This document shows, piece after piece, positions 48,050 to 57,207 of a stretch of 64,000 bases of DNA (its first letter is position 1; every line of letters starts with the position of its first letter). The position numbers and the translations under genes were made by a program. The stretch lies in the IMG/VR virus record IMGVR_UViG_3300034071_001657, one strand, 5' to 3'. The notes beneath the pieces are model-generated. The model saw nothing but the letters and a program-made list of their open reading frames with translations. It was not told the DNA's origin and did not search any database. The stretch is from a virus.

Positions 48050-48524
48050 TCTCATTCACTTTTCTTATAAAGATGCCACATTTATTTAGGAAATTTAATC
48101 CATCGTTCGCTCGATAATCTTCGGCATAGAAAACTTCTTTGATACCTGATTGATAGATCATTTTAGCACACTCTAGACATGGTGCACAAGTTACAAAGAG
48201 ACTTGCACCGTTACCGCTTTCGGTAGACTTGGCAAGTTTGGCAATGGCATTCGATTCAGCATGAAGGACTTCTGGTTTTGTTTTCAGTCCAACGTATGAG
48301 TATTCAAGACCAGGACCACCTTGTTCTTTAAACGCAACATCTTGTAAAACGATTTCGTCTTCGCAATTGTTATCCCATCCACTTGGCATACCATTGTAGC
48401 CAATGGAAATAATTCGATCATCTTTGACTACAATCGCGCCGACCTTTTTTCTCCTCGCGGTACTCAAGTTGCCGAACACTCTGGCAGACTTCATATATGC
48501 ACCAAGATATTTTTCTTTAATCAT
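48042..48524 (-). CDS. dCMP deaminase
   Basis: VGAIVV, IGYNG, HAESNAI, PCLECAK. Confidence 0.93.
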   Translation of the reverse strand: MIKEKYLGAYMKSARVFGNLSTARRKKVGAIVVKDDRIISIGYNGMPSGWDNNCEDEIVLQDVAFKEQGGPGLEYSYVGLKTKPEVLHAESNAIAKLAKSTESGNGASLFVTCAPCLECAKMIYQSGIKEVFYAEDYRANDGLNFLNKCGIFIRKVNEND

Positions 48525-49299
48525 TTTTAATTCCCAAAGTGGCATTTAACTTCGTTAAATCTGCACACGTATATTCTTGATAATTTTGTCTAATGTTATC
48601 TGGCATAGGCACTTCGACAATTTTCGCATTCGTTTTTTCTGCTACATGTTTCGCCACACTCAAAAATGAAGTGGGTGTTCCTGTGCCAACATTCCAAATT
48701 CCACACTCATCAATGTCTAGAAATTTTTCATGAACATCAAGAACTCGATTCACATGAATAAAATCTCTCTGATATTTTTCTGAATTTTCAAATACTTTTA
48801 TTTGACCACTGTTAATAGCTTGCTGTTCGAATTTGTGATACGGAGAAGCTTGATCACCTTTGTGGTCTTCATGTGGCCCGTAGACATTGAAATATCTAAA
48901 CCCTTGCAAAACAGTTTCAAGATAAAAGTGTGTAGAGTGCCTTTCAATTAGAAATTTAGACCACGCATATGGGCTTCTAGGATCAACTGAAGAACTTTCT
49001 TTGAACTCTTTGCCCGAACCATAAACAGAGGCTGAACTAGAATATTGTAATTTGACTCGCCAAAACGCACAGGCCCTAATTAGTTTTACTGTAAAGTCAA
49101 AGTTTTGTCGTAAGACTTTTTCAACATCACGTTCGACTGTTGATGACACTGCACCAAAATGCATAACAGTGTCAATATCAGCAAGATTCGGAAAAGTATT
49201 TTCATTGTAATCATACACAGTAATTTTATGTTTTTTGGAGAACCGCTCGACGGCATTCTGTCCTATAAATCCTTTGTTACCAGTAATCAATATGTTCAT
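48517..49299 (-). CDS. hldD: ADP-L-glycero-D-manno-heptose 6-epimerase-like SDR
   Basis: GNKGFIG, YSSSASVYG, YAWSK, RYFNVYGPHEDHKG, YQEYTCAD. Confidence 0.85.
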   Translation of the reverse strand: MNILITGNKGFIGQNAVERFSKKHKITVYDYNENTFPNLADIDTVMHFGAVSSTVERDVEKVLRQNFDFTVKLIRACAFWRVKLQYSSSASVYGSGKEFKESSSVDPRSPYAWSKFLIERHSTHFYLETVLQGFRYFNVYGPHEDHKGDQASPYHKFEQQAINSGQIKVFENSEKYQRDFIHVNRVLDVHEKFLDIDECGIWNVGTGTPTSFLSVAKHVAEKTNAKIVEVPMPDNIRQNYQEYTCADLTKLNATLGIKND

Positions 49300-50035
49300 G
49301 TATATCTTTCTCTGTTAAAGTATATGATCCAAAGTGTTTTACTGATTCTGTAGATAGCTTAATTGCACACTGTATTGCGTAGTCCATGTCTTCGGTATCG
49401 AGATACACTGAAGACAGAACCGCAAGAAAAACATCTCCTGCGCCAGTTACATCATGTACAGAAACACTCGGTGCTTCATAGTGTTTGTCTGCTCTCTTTG
49501 CACCATCTGCCCCTAGTGTGACAATCAACTCTTTTGGAAATTCATGACCAGTCGATTCATTATATTCTAACTCATTTATCTTAACAATGCAACCACTATA
49601 CACGCTTAAGTTCTTTTTCTTTGTGTCCACGAAGATTGGTTTATTCTGCCATCGCTCTTTGATTTGGCAAATAAGTTCCTCGGTAACAAAGCCTTTATCA
49701 TAGTCTGATATGACTATGGCATCATAATTCCGCAGAAATTTATCAACAGGAAAAACAACCTGTTCGCTTTCATAGCTCTTGGTGTCGATTCTGAGTAGTT
49801 GATGACTTGTTCGAATGTCAATATATCTTTCTTTTTTCGAGAATGGTCCATGCACAAAATCAATTGTGTTATCGAACGCCTTTAGGTTTCGATACACATT
49901 GAATGCCATGCCTGTAAATTCTTTACTGAATTTATAGTCCATGATAGGCACTGGTGCTTCAGGCGAAAGTCTCGAACATGTTCCATAATGATAGACATCT
50001 AAACAGATATCACCAACCAAAAGAATTCTACTCAT
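49277..50035 (-). CDS. hldA: Heptose-7-phosphate kinase-like (HldA/RfaE domain I, PfkB family)
   Basis: GDICLD, RLSPEAPVP, ISDYDKG, DVTGAGD. Confidence 0.85.
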   Translation of the reverse strand: MSRILLVGDICLDVYHYGTCSRLSPEAPVPIMDYKFSKEFTGMAFNVYRNLKAFDNTIDFVHGPFSKKERYIDIRTSHQLLRIDTKSYESEQVVFPVDKFLRNYDAIVISDYDKGFVTEELICQIKERWQNKPIFVDTKKKNLSVYSGCIVKINELEYNESTGHEFPKELIVTLGADGAKRADKHYEAPSVSVHDVTGAGDVFLAVLSSVYLDTEDMDYAIQCAIKLSTESVKHFGSYTLTEKDIHEHIDYW

Positions 50036-50418
50036 AGTTTTTTGATTTTTTCAATTTCGCTTGTCGATGAATATGTGTTGAGCCTTGGAAAAAATTGAAT
50101 GACGCCGTGAGGCACTTTTGCATTTTTGTGATCGGACCCACGCAGCGTAATGTCTGGCTCATACGATGAGATAATGGATTCTAATTCTTCGTCTGTACCA
50201 AAAGCAACAACATCATCAACCCATTTTAAATTTCTAATCAATGTCATTCTTTCAAATAGACTATTGATTGGTCGGCTTTCACCCTTCAATGATTTAACTC
50301 TGATATCAGAATCAATTGCAACTAGTAAATAATCGCCTAGACTTTTTGCATGTTTCAGTAAACTGATATGACCAAAATGCACTACATCAAAAGTTCCGTT
50401 CACAAATATTTTTTTCAT
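50032..50418 (-). CDS. hldC: Heptose-1-phosphate adenylyltransferase-like (HldC/RfaE domain II)
   Basis: NGTFDVVHFGH, DSD.RVKSLKG.SRP, YSSTS. Confidence 0.85.
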   Translation of the reverse strand: MKKIFVNGTFDVVHFGHISLLKHAKSLGDYLLVAIDSDIRVKSLKGESRPINSLFERMTLIRNLKWVDDVVAFGTDEELESIISSYEPDITLRGSDHKNAKVPHGVIQFFPRLNTYSSTSEIEKIKKL

Positions 50419-50771
50419 TTTTGACTATCTCCAGGATAAACTCTGTAATTATCTTCAACACTATCTGGCGTGCTAACTTCAATAATTGTGCCTTCTTCTA
50501 AGCACTCTAGTTGATGTGGCAATAACGGTTCGTTTCTCCAGACATTTCCAACATTCAATTCGTTTTCATGTATTTTAGCAGTCTTTGTATCTATGTGTCT
50601 AACTAAGAATTTACCAGACAACACATACCAAGTTTCATCTTTCTCGGAATGAAAGTGCATGCTGAACTTCGCACCTGTATTGAACTTCAAAAGCTTTCCG
50701 CAATACTTATCGTTGGTGATCCATATAAGTTCGTGACCCCATCCCTTTTCAATTTTGCCCGATAATCTCAT
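50415..50771 (-). CDS. Cupin sugar-isomerase-like protein
   Basis: KGWGHE, SMHFH..KDETWYV, EVSTPD. Confidence 0.8.
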   Translation of the reverse strand: MRLSGKIEKGWGHELIWITNDKYCGKLLKFNTGAKFSMHFHSEKDETWYVLSGKFLVRHIDTKTAKIHENELNVGNVWRNEPLLPHQLECLEEGTIIEVSTPDSVEDNYRVYPGDSQK

Positions 50772-51541
50772 GCTACATTCCATATTAAAGAGTTTTCTTT
50801 TGCATGTTCATTTACGAAAGTCCAAATCTTTGCATCATAAAATGCTTCTGATGGATATGGAGGCTTTTCGCTGTCTTTTACTTCTTTGTCAAATTTGTAT
50901 TTCGACACATATAATTTAGCACGACCAAGCTCTCGCTCAGTCATCTTATGGCCTATTTGTACCGCGTGTGCGGGCAAATCGGGAAAGGCCATTTGCAGCC
51001 CGCGGTTTAATGTGCCGCTGCTTGCGACAGTCCAAATTTCTTTTATCTCAGAGGAGCAAGGCAGTTCTCTGGCAATTTTAATAATGCTGCCTAGTACACT
51101 AGGATGTTCTAGGCCTAGCGGCAATGTTTTTCTTGTGTTAGGACTTTCTTCACAATATGCTTTTGCTCTAGATAAAGTCACATTCAACATGCCCATGTTG
51201 ACCCAGTGAATTGTTCCACCCATATCTAAAACTTGTTGCTGATGCCATGTGGGTGTTTCTCTCTTTGCCATGAAAAATGTTGCTTTCTTTCCATATCTAT
51301 TGCACACATGCGTGAGAGAGATTGGACCCCAACCGACTTTGTTCGCGCCGCCGAACACCCATTCTTCGGTAGGATCATTTTTAATAAGATGGTCGATAAA
51401 TCTAACTTTGCTTCCGCAGCCTAACAAATCATCACGAACAACAAAAAATTTATCTTGACGTTCTACAATTGGTTTAGGGTTCGGATCAGTCCAGTCTTTG
51501 ACATATTCGAGATAGTGTTCAGGCGTTAACAAGTTTGTCAT
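50768..51541 (-). CDS. PLP-dependent fold-type II enzyme (ACC deaminase/D-Cys desulfhydrase-like)
   Basis: VVRDDLLGCGSKVR (PLP Lys), VASSGT, YDAK. Confidence 0.7.
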   Translation of the reverse strand: MTNLLTPEHYLEYVKDWTDPNPKPIVERQDKFFVVRDDLLGCGSKVRFIDHLIKNDPTEEWVFGGANKVGWGPISLTHVCNRYGKKATFFMAKRETPTWHQQQVLDMGGTIHWVNMGMLNVTLSRAKAYCEESPNTRKTLPLGLEHPSVLGSIIKIARELPCSSEIKEIWTVASSGTLNRGLQMAFPDLPAHAVQIGHKMTERELGRAKLYVSKYKFDKEVKDSEKPPYPSEAFYDAKIWTFVNEHAKENSLIWNVA

Positions 51542-52616
51542 ACAAAGGCCTTTCAACTTTAACATCAATCACAAGATGAATTCTTTCATCGTCTCCACCA
51601 TTGATTGCTTGATGGGCTTTTCGAGTATCGAGAAACCAATACTCACCAAACTTCATATTGATTTTCTGTGGAACACCTTGTGTGTTCCACACAGTAAAAA
51701 CTACATTCTCATTCGTCTTGATTGGCACGTGAATTCTTGCAAGCTTGCCCATGCTGCCACCAGAATCAGGATCGACTTGATCAGTATGCCTTTCCAGTTC
51801 ACCGCCGCCAGGCTTCAGCCTCATAAATCTAACTCGATGAACTTCAGTGCCTAGAGTGTTGACAAACTCTCGTACTTCAGGAAAAAGATCATAGAGTTTA
51901 GTATCTTGTAAACGAAAATCTTGATCTTTGTTTTCTTCTTTCCACTTATCATTCATCTCAATTGGCTTTGTGATAAACGATGGATCTGAAGTGTATCCTC
52001 TCAATGATAATGCAGACCATGAATTATCTTTATTATAGTTACTGTAATGATTTGTGAACTGTGGTAGAGAATTTAGTTTTTGATAAATCGATGAAACAAA
52101 GTTTTCATCCACGTTTCCAATCTTTTTAATAGAGAGGAACTCAGCAGGATCAACGTTAGGAAACGCTCTCTGTGTTCCTTTGTAGTAGATAGCATGTATT
52201 TCTCCATAGGTTGTGATTTTAGGACCGACATAACAAAATCCTAAGTCTTCTGCTAACTTGCAATGCTCTTCATTCTCTGCCCATACATATAGCCAAAAAG
52301 AAGTTCCGTTCAGTGCTTTAATTTGAGACTCTAGCGTAGAAATGTTTCCAACCAATTTGCCAATCGTAATGTCACCCTTTAGCTTTTTTGCAATCACGGT
52401 TGACCCATGCATAGTGATATCTGATGCAGATTTACTAGTTGAGACTTCCATCATTGCATCACCAAGATTGACAAGGGTTCCTTTGTGCAAGGCTTCTGCA
52501 ATATTATTCTTTTTAAACTTGGCGAACGGCGAAAGTGTGTATGCATTATAATCTGCATACTTCGCCTCAAGTTCTTTTAAATAATCTAATTCATATCCGT
52601 ATTGCCATTCTTTCAT
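51519..52616 (-). CDS. Fusion: GNAT-like N-terminal domain plus Asp/Asn beta-hydroxylase-like 2OG-Fe(II) oxygenase
   Basis: C-terminal RFMRLKPGG..HTD...HVPI..H.AING..ERIHLVID; N-terminal V.AEN......LGF resembles GNAT motif B (weak). Confidence 0.7.
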   Translation of the reverse strand: MKEWQYGYELDYLKELEAKYADYNAYTLSPFAKFKKNNIAEALHKGTLVNLGDAMMEVSTSKSASDITMHGSTVIAKKLKGDITIGKLVGNISTLESQIKALNGTSFWLYVWAENEEHCKLAEDLGFCYVGPKITTYGEIHAIYYKGTQRAFPNVDPAEFLSIKKIGNVDENFVSSIYQKLNSLPQFTNHYSNYNKDNSWSALSLRGYTSDPSFITKPIEMNDKWKEENKDQDFRLQDTKLYDLFPEVREFVNTLGTEVHRVRFMRLKPGGGELERHTDQVDPDSGGSMGKLARIHVPIKTNENVVFTVWNTQGVPQKINMKFGEYWFLDTRKAHQAINGGDDERIHLVIDVKVERPLYDKLVNA

Positions 52617-52795
52617 TGTGACTCCTGTACGATTTGAGCGTCTTTTTTATAAACTATATTAATGAATCCTTCTGGTTCTCTTGCCCAAAAAACGTCAGAA
52701 GTTTCCCTGTCTTCTCTGACAACATCAAAGACTTTTCCAACATGATTTGCATACCAGACTATGCCATCTCCGTGAGAAATAATTTTGATTTGCAT
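52613..52795 (-). CDS. Small hypothetical protein
   Basis: 60 aa, overlaps the next start. Confidence 0.55.
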   Translation of the reverse strand: MQIKIISHGDGIVWYANHVGKVFDVVREDRETSDVFWAREPEGFINIVYKKDAQIVQESQ

Positions 52796-52933
52796 ACTAT
52801 TTTCCAGAAATAATGTCAATGAGTAAACCAATTACGATTCCGAACGCTGGAATTATAATCAATGATAACCCAAACAGGATTAAAATAAAAACAAACGTAT
52901 AAAATATTTTTGATATAAAATGTTGCATTGCAG

Positions 52934-52941
52934 TATAAATA
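52934..52941 (+). promoter_or_regulatory. T4-type late promoter on the plus strand
   Basis: TATAAATA followed by a GGTGTGAAA/TTTCACGCC hairpin and a small ORF. Confidence 0.6.
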
Positions 52942-52995
52942 CGTGGTGTGAAACACAATTTCACGCCTATTTTAAACAACCCAAAAGGTATTCAA

Positions 52996-53100
52996 ATGTT
53001 AACTTCTATTCTATCATTTATTCGAGACGTTTTCAATGGTATCATCGAAACAAGAACGCTAGTTGCAAAAGAAAGACTGAAATATAGAGGGTGGGAATAA
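52996..53100 (+). CDS. 34-aa plus-strand peptide (not in ORF track)
   Basis: MLTSILSFIRDVFNGIIETRTLVAKERLKYRGWE; AAGG SD; own late promoter; fills the intergenic gap. Confidence 0.55.
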   Translation: MLTSILSFIRDVFNGIIETRTLVAKERLKYRGWE

Positions 53101-53631
53101 TTATTTTTTCGCTATTTTTTTGACTTTTCTTTTAAGGATCGCTCTCTTTCTCAAGGAGCGATCTTTTTCCATGCGCGACACTTTTTCTAGAAACAAAACG
53201 CCATTCATGTGATCAAATTCATGTAGGACAACTCTGGCAGTCATGCCAATGAATCTTTCGGTATTCGTTTCACCTTTTTCATTTTGATATCGTAGCCGAA
53301 CAAAATCTGGTCGTTTGACATTCATATACAACAGAGGAAAACTCAAACACCCCTCTTTCATTGAAATTAGATTTTCCGACTCGCTAATAATTTTAGGGTT
53401 AAAGAGGGCAAACGGCTTATCTTCTTCAGTTCGAACAACGAATACTTTAATAGGAATGCCGACTTGGCATGCAGACAATCCTAGCCCATCGTACTTGACC
53501 ATACACTGATGAAGTTTCTGTGAAAGTTCAATTGGATCACATTGTGGATTTTCAAAGTTAAATTCTTCTTGTTCAGACAACAGTACAGGACTATTTTCTT
53601 CAATTAGTTTTAGTTCATTAAGATTAATCAT
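53101..53631 (-). CDS. def: Peptide deformylase
   Basis: GLGLSACQ, EGCLS, HEFDH. Confidence 0.95.
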   Translation of the reverse strand: MINLNELKLIEENSPVLLSEQEEFNFENPQCDPIELSQKLHQCMVKYDGLGLSACQVGIPIKVFVVRTEEDKPFALFNPKIISESENLISMKEGCLSFPLLYMNVKRPDFVRLRYQNEKGETNTERFIGMTARVVLHEFDHMNGVLFLEKVSRMEKDRSLRKRAILKRKVKKIAKK

Positions 53632-55340
53632 TTTACTATCCTCGAAAAATTATTTACTTTATCAAATCGAATCACGTTTCTAAATTTATCCTGAAGAATA
53701 TCGCCTTTGTGTGAGATGATGAACAAATTGGTATCTTCAAGTAGATTTAGAATCTTCATCAATTCTTCGGTGCCATTTGTGTCTAATGAAGAGTCAAAAA
53801 TTTCATCGAGAATGAGAAGATTTGTGTTGGCAGAATTTTTAATCTTTGCGACAGCACGCCAAGTAAGCATTAATGCCATATCGATTCTTTGCTTCTCGCC
53901 TTCACTAAATGACGCATAGCTAAACTCATCCCTATGCCTAGACTTAATTGTTTCTTTGAATGCTTCGTCTAAATTGAAATTCACAAAGAAATCTAGTGCA
54001 GACAGATAGCGATTGACCAGTCGATTGATGATGGGTAAATACTGTCTCACAATCTTGGTTTTGATGCCGCCGTCTTTCAATAGTGTCGTTGCGAAATCTA
54101 GATACTTCTTTTCGTTCATTAAATTTTTTAAATCAGTTTCACACAAAACCTGTTGTTCTTTCAAAGATGCAATTTCATTTTTCTCTAGATCATCAACATT
54201 CTTAGAATTTCGAACAGTGTCGATTTGCTTTTGAAGTTTTGCAATTTGATCATTGGCAGATGATATGCTGGTATTGTTTACTGCAATTTTAGTTTGATAT
54301 TTTTGTATGTCTTCTTGTGCAGTATTAATCTCTTCAATCTTTTTCTGTTCTTCATCAATCTTGCTTTTCAACAATTCAAGACCATGAAGACATTCAGTTT
54401 TCTTTGTATTTAATTCTGATAGAATGTTTTGCTTAAACGCATCCTGAATCGCCTGCTTACAAGTTGGGCAAGAATCGTTGGTAGCAAAGAAAGTTAAATC
54501 GGTGTCTATCTTCGAAATATTGTTTTCGATCTGAGATTCTAACTTTGTGACCTTTTTAATTTTCGTTTTTGCAGAAAGTAGACTATCCACAATCTCTTGT
54601 CTTAAATTAATCTCTCGTTTTAAATTATCGTTCGACTTCTGCAATTCTACAATAGAAGAATTATTATTGGTAATCTCTAACTCATACTCAGAGATTCTAT
54701 CGACATTGTTTTGCTTTAGTTCGTTAAGTCTTTCCAATTGAACTGTCAAAAGCTTTTCTAGAAGATTTTGTTGATTCTTCTTTCTGAGAATGTCATCTTT
54801 GTTTGTTGTAGTCTTCTCTTTGATGAGAGTATTCATCTTAGAAAAGATTTGAATATCTAGCAGGTCTTCAATGATTGCGCGCCTATCAGCAGCCGATAAC
54901 TGCATGAATGGTACGAACGATGCTGAGCCTAAGATTACGATTTGCGTGAACGATTTAAAGTTTAATTTGAGAATGTTTTTCTCAAGAAACTCCTGATAGT
55001 CTTTCGTTGCAGCATTTTGATTTACTAGTTCATTGTCTGCATAGATTTCAAATATCGCCGGCTTAATGCCGCGAACAATTTTATAATTTTTAGACTTGAT
55101 AGAAAATTCAATCTCAACCAAACAATCTTTCTGATTGATGCTATTCATCAACTGAGGCTTATTGATATTTCTAAATGGCTTGCCAAAAAGACCAAAGCAC
55201 AAAGCATCTAGCAGTGTGGACTTGCCAGATCCATTTGTGCCTACAATCAACGTGGAACTATTCTGATTAAGAGGTACCTCAGTAAACAGATTTCCCGTAG
55301 ATAGAAAGTTTTTCCATTTTACTTTTTCAAATACAATCAT
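53628..55340 (-). CDS. gp46: Recombination endonuclease ATPase subunit (gp46, Rad50/SbcC-like)
   Basis: GTNGSGKS, CPTC hook, FSEGEK, LILDEIFD. Confidence 0.97.
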   Translation of the reverse strand: MIVFEKVKWKNFLSTGNLFTEVPLNQNSSTLIVGTNGSGKSTLLDALCFGLFGKPFRNINKPQLMNSINQKDCLVEIEFSIKSKNYKIVRGIKPAIFEIYADNELVNQNAATKDYQEFLEKNILKLNFKSFTQIVILGSASFVPFMQLSAADRRAIIEDLLDIQIFSKMNTLIKEKTTTNKDDILRKKNQQNLLEKLLTVQLERLNELKQNNVDRISEYELEITNNNSSIVELQKSNDNLKREINLRQEIVDSLLSAKTKIKKVTKLESQIENNISKIDTDLTFFATNDSCPTCKQAIQDAFKQNILSELNTKKTECLHGLELLKSKIDEEQKKIEEINTAQEDIQKYQTKIAVNNTSISSANDQIAKLQKQIDTVRNSKNVDDLEKNEIASLKEQQVLCETDLKNLMNEKKYLDFATTLLKDGGIKTKIVRQYLPIINRLVNRYLSALDFFVNFNLDEAFKETIKSRHRDEFSYASFSEGEKQRIDMALMLTWRAVAKIKNSANTNLLILDEIFDSSLDTNGTEELMKILNLLEDTNLFIISHKGDILQDKFRNVIRFDKVNNFSRIVK

Positions 55341-56419
55341 TCAAAAGTCTCTTCAACTGATATAGCTTCAATGTAAAGTTCTCGCATAAAATTTTTCAAT
55401 TTTGCACTATCTACTTCTTTAAAGTCTTGCTGATCTATGTAGTTTGACAGAATCGTCATCGTATCTTGTGCCTGATCAACTTCATCAGAATCATCATTCA
55501 CAGAATCACCCTCACTAAAATCTTCAACGACAACAACATCGGCAGGGTTTTGCTTATACAATTCATCCATAAACATATCAAAAATATATGGGTCTTCTTT
55601 TGCTACCACAATAACTTTTATGTAAGTGTTCTCGTATGATTCTTTTCGAATCGAATTACGTAAACGATCCCATGACATATTTGAATCGTCATACGCAATT
55701 TTATGAAACATTTTACACGGATTTTCTATGAAAGTCAAATCAGTTGTATCTGTGTCGAAGATATGAAAACCTTTTGCATCACGATGATCTGACCAAAACA
55801 ATTCATAAGGTGTGCCAAGGTAATTGACATTTCTGGCATTTGACCTGGTATGAAAATGCCCACTAAAGACTTGATCGTAATTCTTCAAAAAATCATCACT
55901 CATACCATCATGACATTCAACACCTTTCATCAGAGAGAATCCACTTAGTTCAAAGTGTCCTATACAATATGGCGAAATCGATTGCGAGATAAACTCATGA
56001 ACTTCTTTTTCATTTTCGTTGCATATCCAAGGAATCATATCGAAAGAAATGTTTTCAATCATTAACTTTCCAGGCTTCTGCCACAAGACAATATTGGAAT
56101 AGTCTTTCAGCAACAAGTCTGGAGAATTAACTTCTAGGCTATGCTTCCAGAAAATGTCGTGATTGCCGATCAATGCATGCAGAGTAATACCTTCATCAAG
56201 AAGCCTATCGAAAAAATATTTTCGACTTTCGGTCAACGAAAGAAAATTAATATACTTTCTACGATCAAACAAATCTCCAAGTTGAATAATTGTCTTTATA
56301 TCATTATCTAATAAGTACGGAAAGAAATAATCATTAAAGAATTTTTTGAAGTATTCATGAAAGATTAATGAATCATTTCTCACACCAAAATGAGTATCAC
56401 CGAGCAGACATATTTTCAT
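55337..56419 (-). CDS. gp47: Recombination endonuclease nuclease subunit (gp47, Mre11/SbcD-like)
   Basis: GDTHFG, GDLFD, GNHD, SGHFH. Confidence 0.97.
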   Translation of the reverse strand: MKICLLGDTHFGVRNDSLIFHEYFKKFFNDYFFPYLLDNDIKTIIQLGDLFDRRKYINFLSLTESRKYFFDRLLDEGITLHALIGNHDIFWKHSLEVNSPDLLLKDYSNIVLWQKPGKLMIENISFDMIPWICNENEKEVHEFISQSISPYCIGHFELSGFSLMKGVECHDGMSDDFLKNYDQVFSGHFHTRSNARNVNYLGTPYELFWSDHRDAKGFHIFDTDTTDLTFIENPCKMFHKIAYDDSNMSWDRLRNSIRKESYENTYIKVIVVAKEDPYIFDMFMDELYKQNPADVVVVEDFSEGDSVNDDSDEVDQAQDTMTILSNYIDQQDFKEVDSAKLKNFMRELYIEAISVEETFE

Positions 56420-56594
56420 ATTTTGATCTAGTTCCTTTCTCTGGCTTAGACTGACTCGAACGAATTACCTTGTCTAGCAAATCACGAATAACAATTAAAT
56501 GAGTCATTGATGTTTGTCTAACATCAAAAGGCGTTTTTTTATTTTGTACGTTTTTAATCCATGCTTCAAGTTGCACTGGCAATGGCGTCTGCAT
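56397..56594 (-). CDS. Small hypothetical protein
   Basis: AGGAG SD before MQTPLP; between gp55 and gp47. Confidence 0.5.
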   Translation of the reverse strand: MQTPLPVQLEAWIKNVQNKKTPFDVRQTSMTHLIVIRDLLDKVIRSSQSKPEKGTRSKYENMSAR

Positions 56595-57126
56595 TTTGTG
56601 TTTCTCCTTTTTTCTTTCTTGAAGATACTTTTTTTCTCTTTGTATCTTCGAAGGTAGTAATAAAATCACGAATGAAATGATCGCTATAAGACTCATGCAT
56701 GATGCCATTGATATGTGAGTTTACGATGTCTTCTCCATTGTTCTCAATCAATGCAGCAATTACTTCATTCTCCATATTTTTATATTTCACGTACATATGC
56801 TTTTTTTCTTTTTGAATTCTTCGAAGAAATGCATAATATATGATTTGTGTGAAATATGCAAATGGGTTTCCAGATTTCTCTGGATCAAAGTTATCAATGT
56901 ATAACAGACAGTTTTCTACACCATCGGAAATCATATCTTCTTTAAAAGTGTAGTTTGCAAAGTTAGGTTTTCTTGCCAAATGAGTGGCAATCTTAAATAG
57001 ACAAACTCCAATATATTCTGGAACTCTGGGTCTATCGCCACTGTTCTTAGTGGACTCGTTCACAGACTTTTTATAAATTACCATTTCCGAAAGGAATTTA
57101 GCATTATCTACATAATGACCAGCCAT
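56566..57126 (-). CDS. gp55: Late-transcription sigma factor (gp55)
   Basis: HYVDN, NFANYTFKEDMISDG, NPFAYFTQIIYYAFLRRI. Confidence 0.96.
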   Translation of the reverse strand: MAGHYVDNAKFLSEMVIYKKSVNESTKNSGDRPRVPEYIGVCLFKIATHLARKPNFANYTFKEDMISDGVENCLLYIDNFDPEKSGNPFAYFTQIIYYAFLRRIQKEKKHMYVKYKNMENEVIAALIENNGEDIVNSHINGIMHESYSDHFIRDFITTFEDTKRKKVSSRKKKGETQNADAIASAT

Positions 57127-57207
57127 AGTTTACCTCCGAGGGGGTTGCTTTTTACTTGACAAACAACTATAATAGTCGTGTCCTGTGGTTAAGACATAAA
57201 GGATCAA

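Noticed and set aside
52797-52928. 43-aa hydrophobic minus-strand ORF
   Set aside because: Possible membrane peptide, but it has no clear SD, its start abuts the plus-strand promoter, and it could be an AT-rich artefact.
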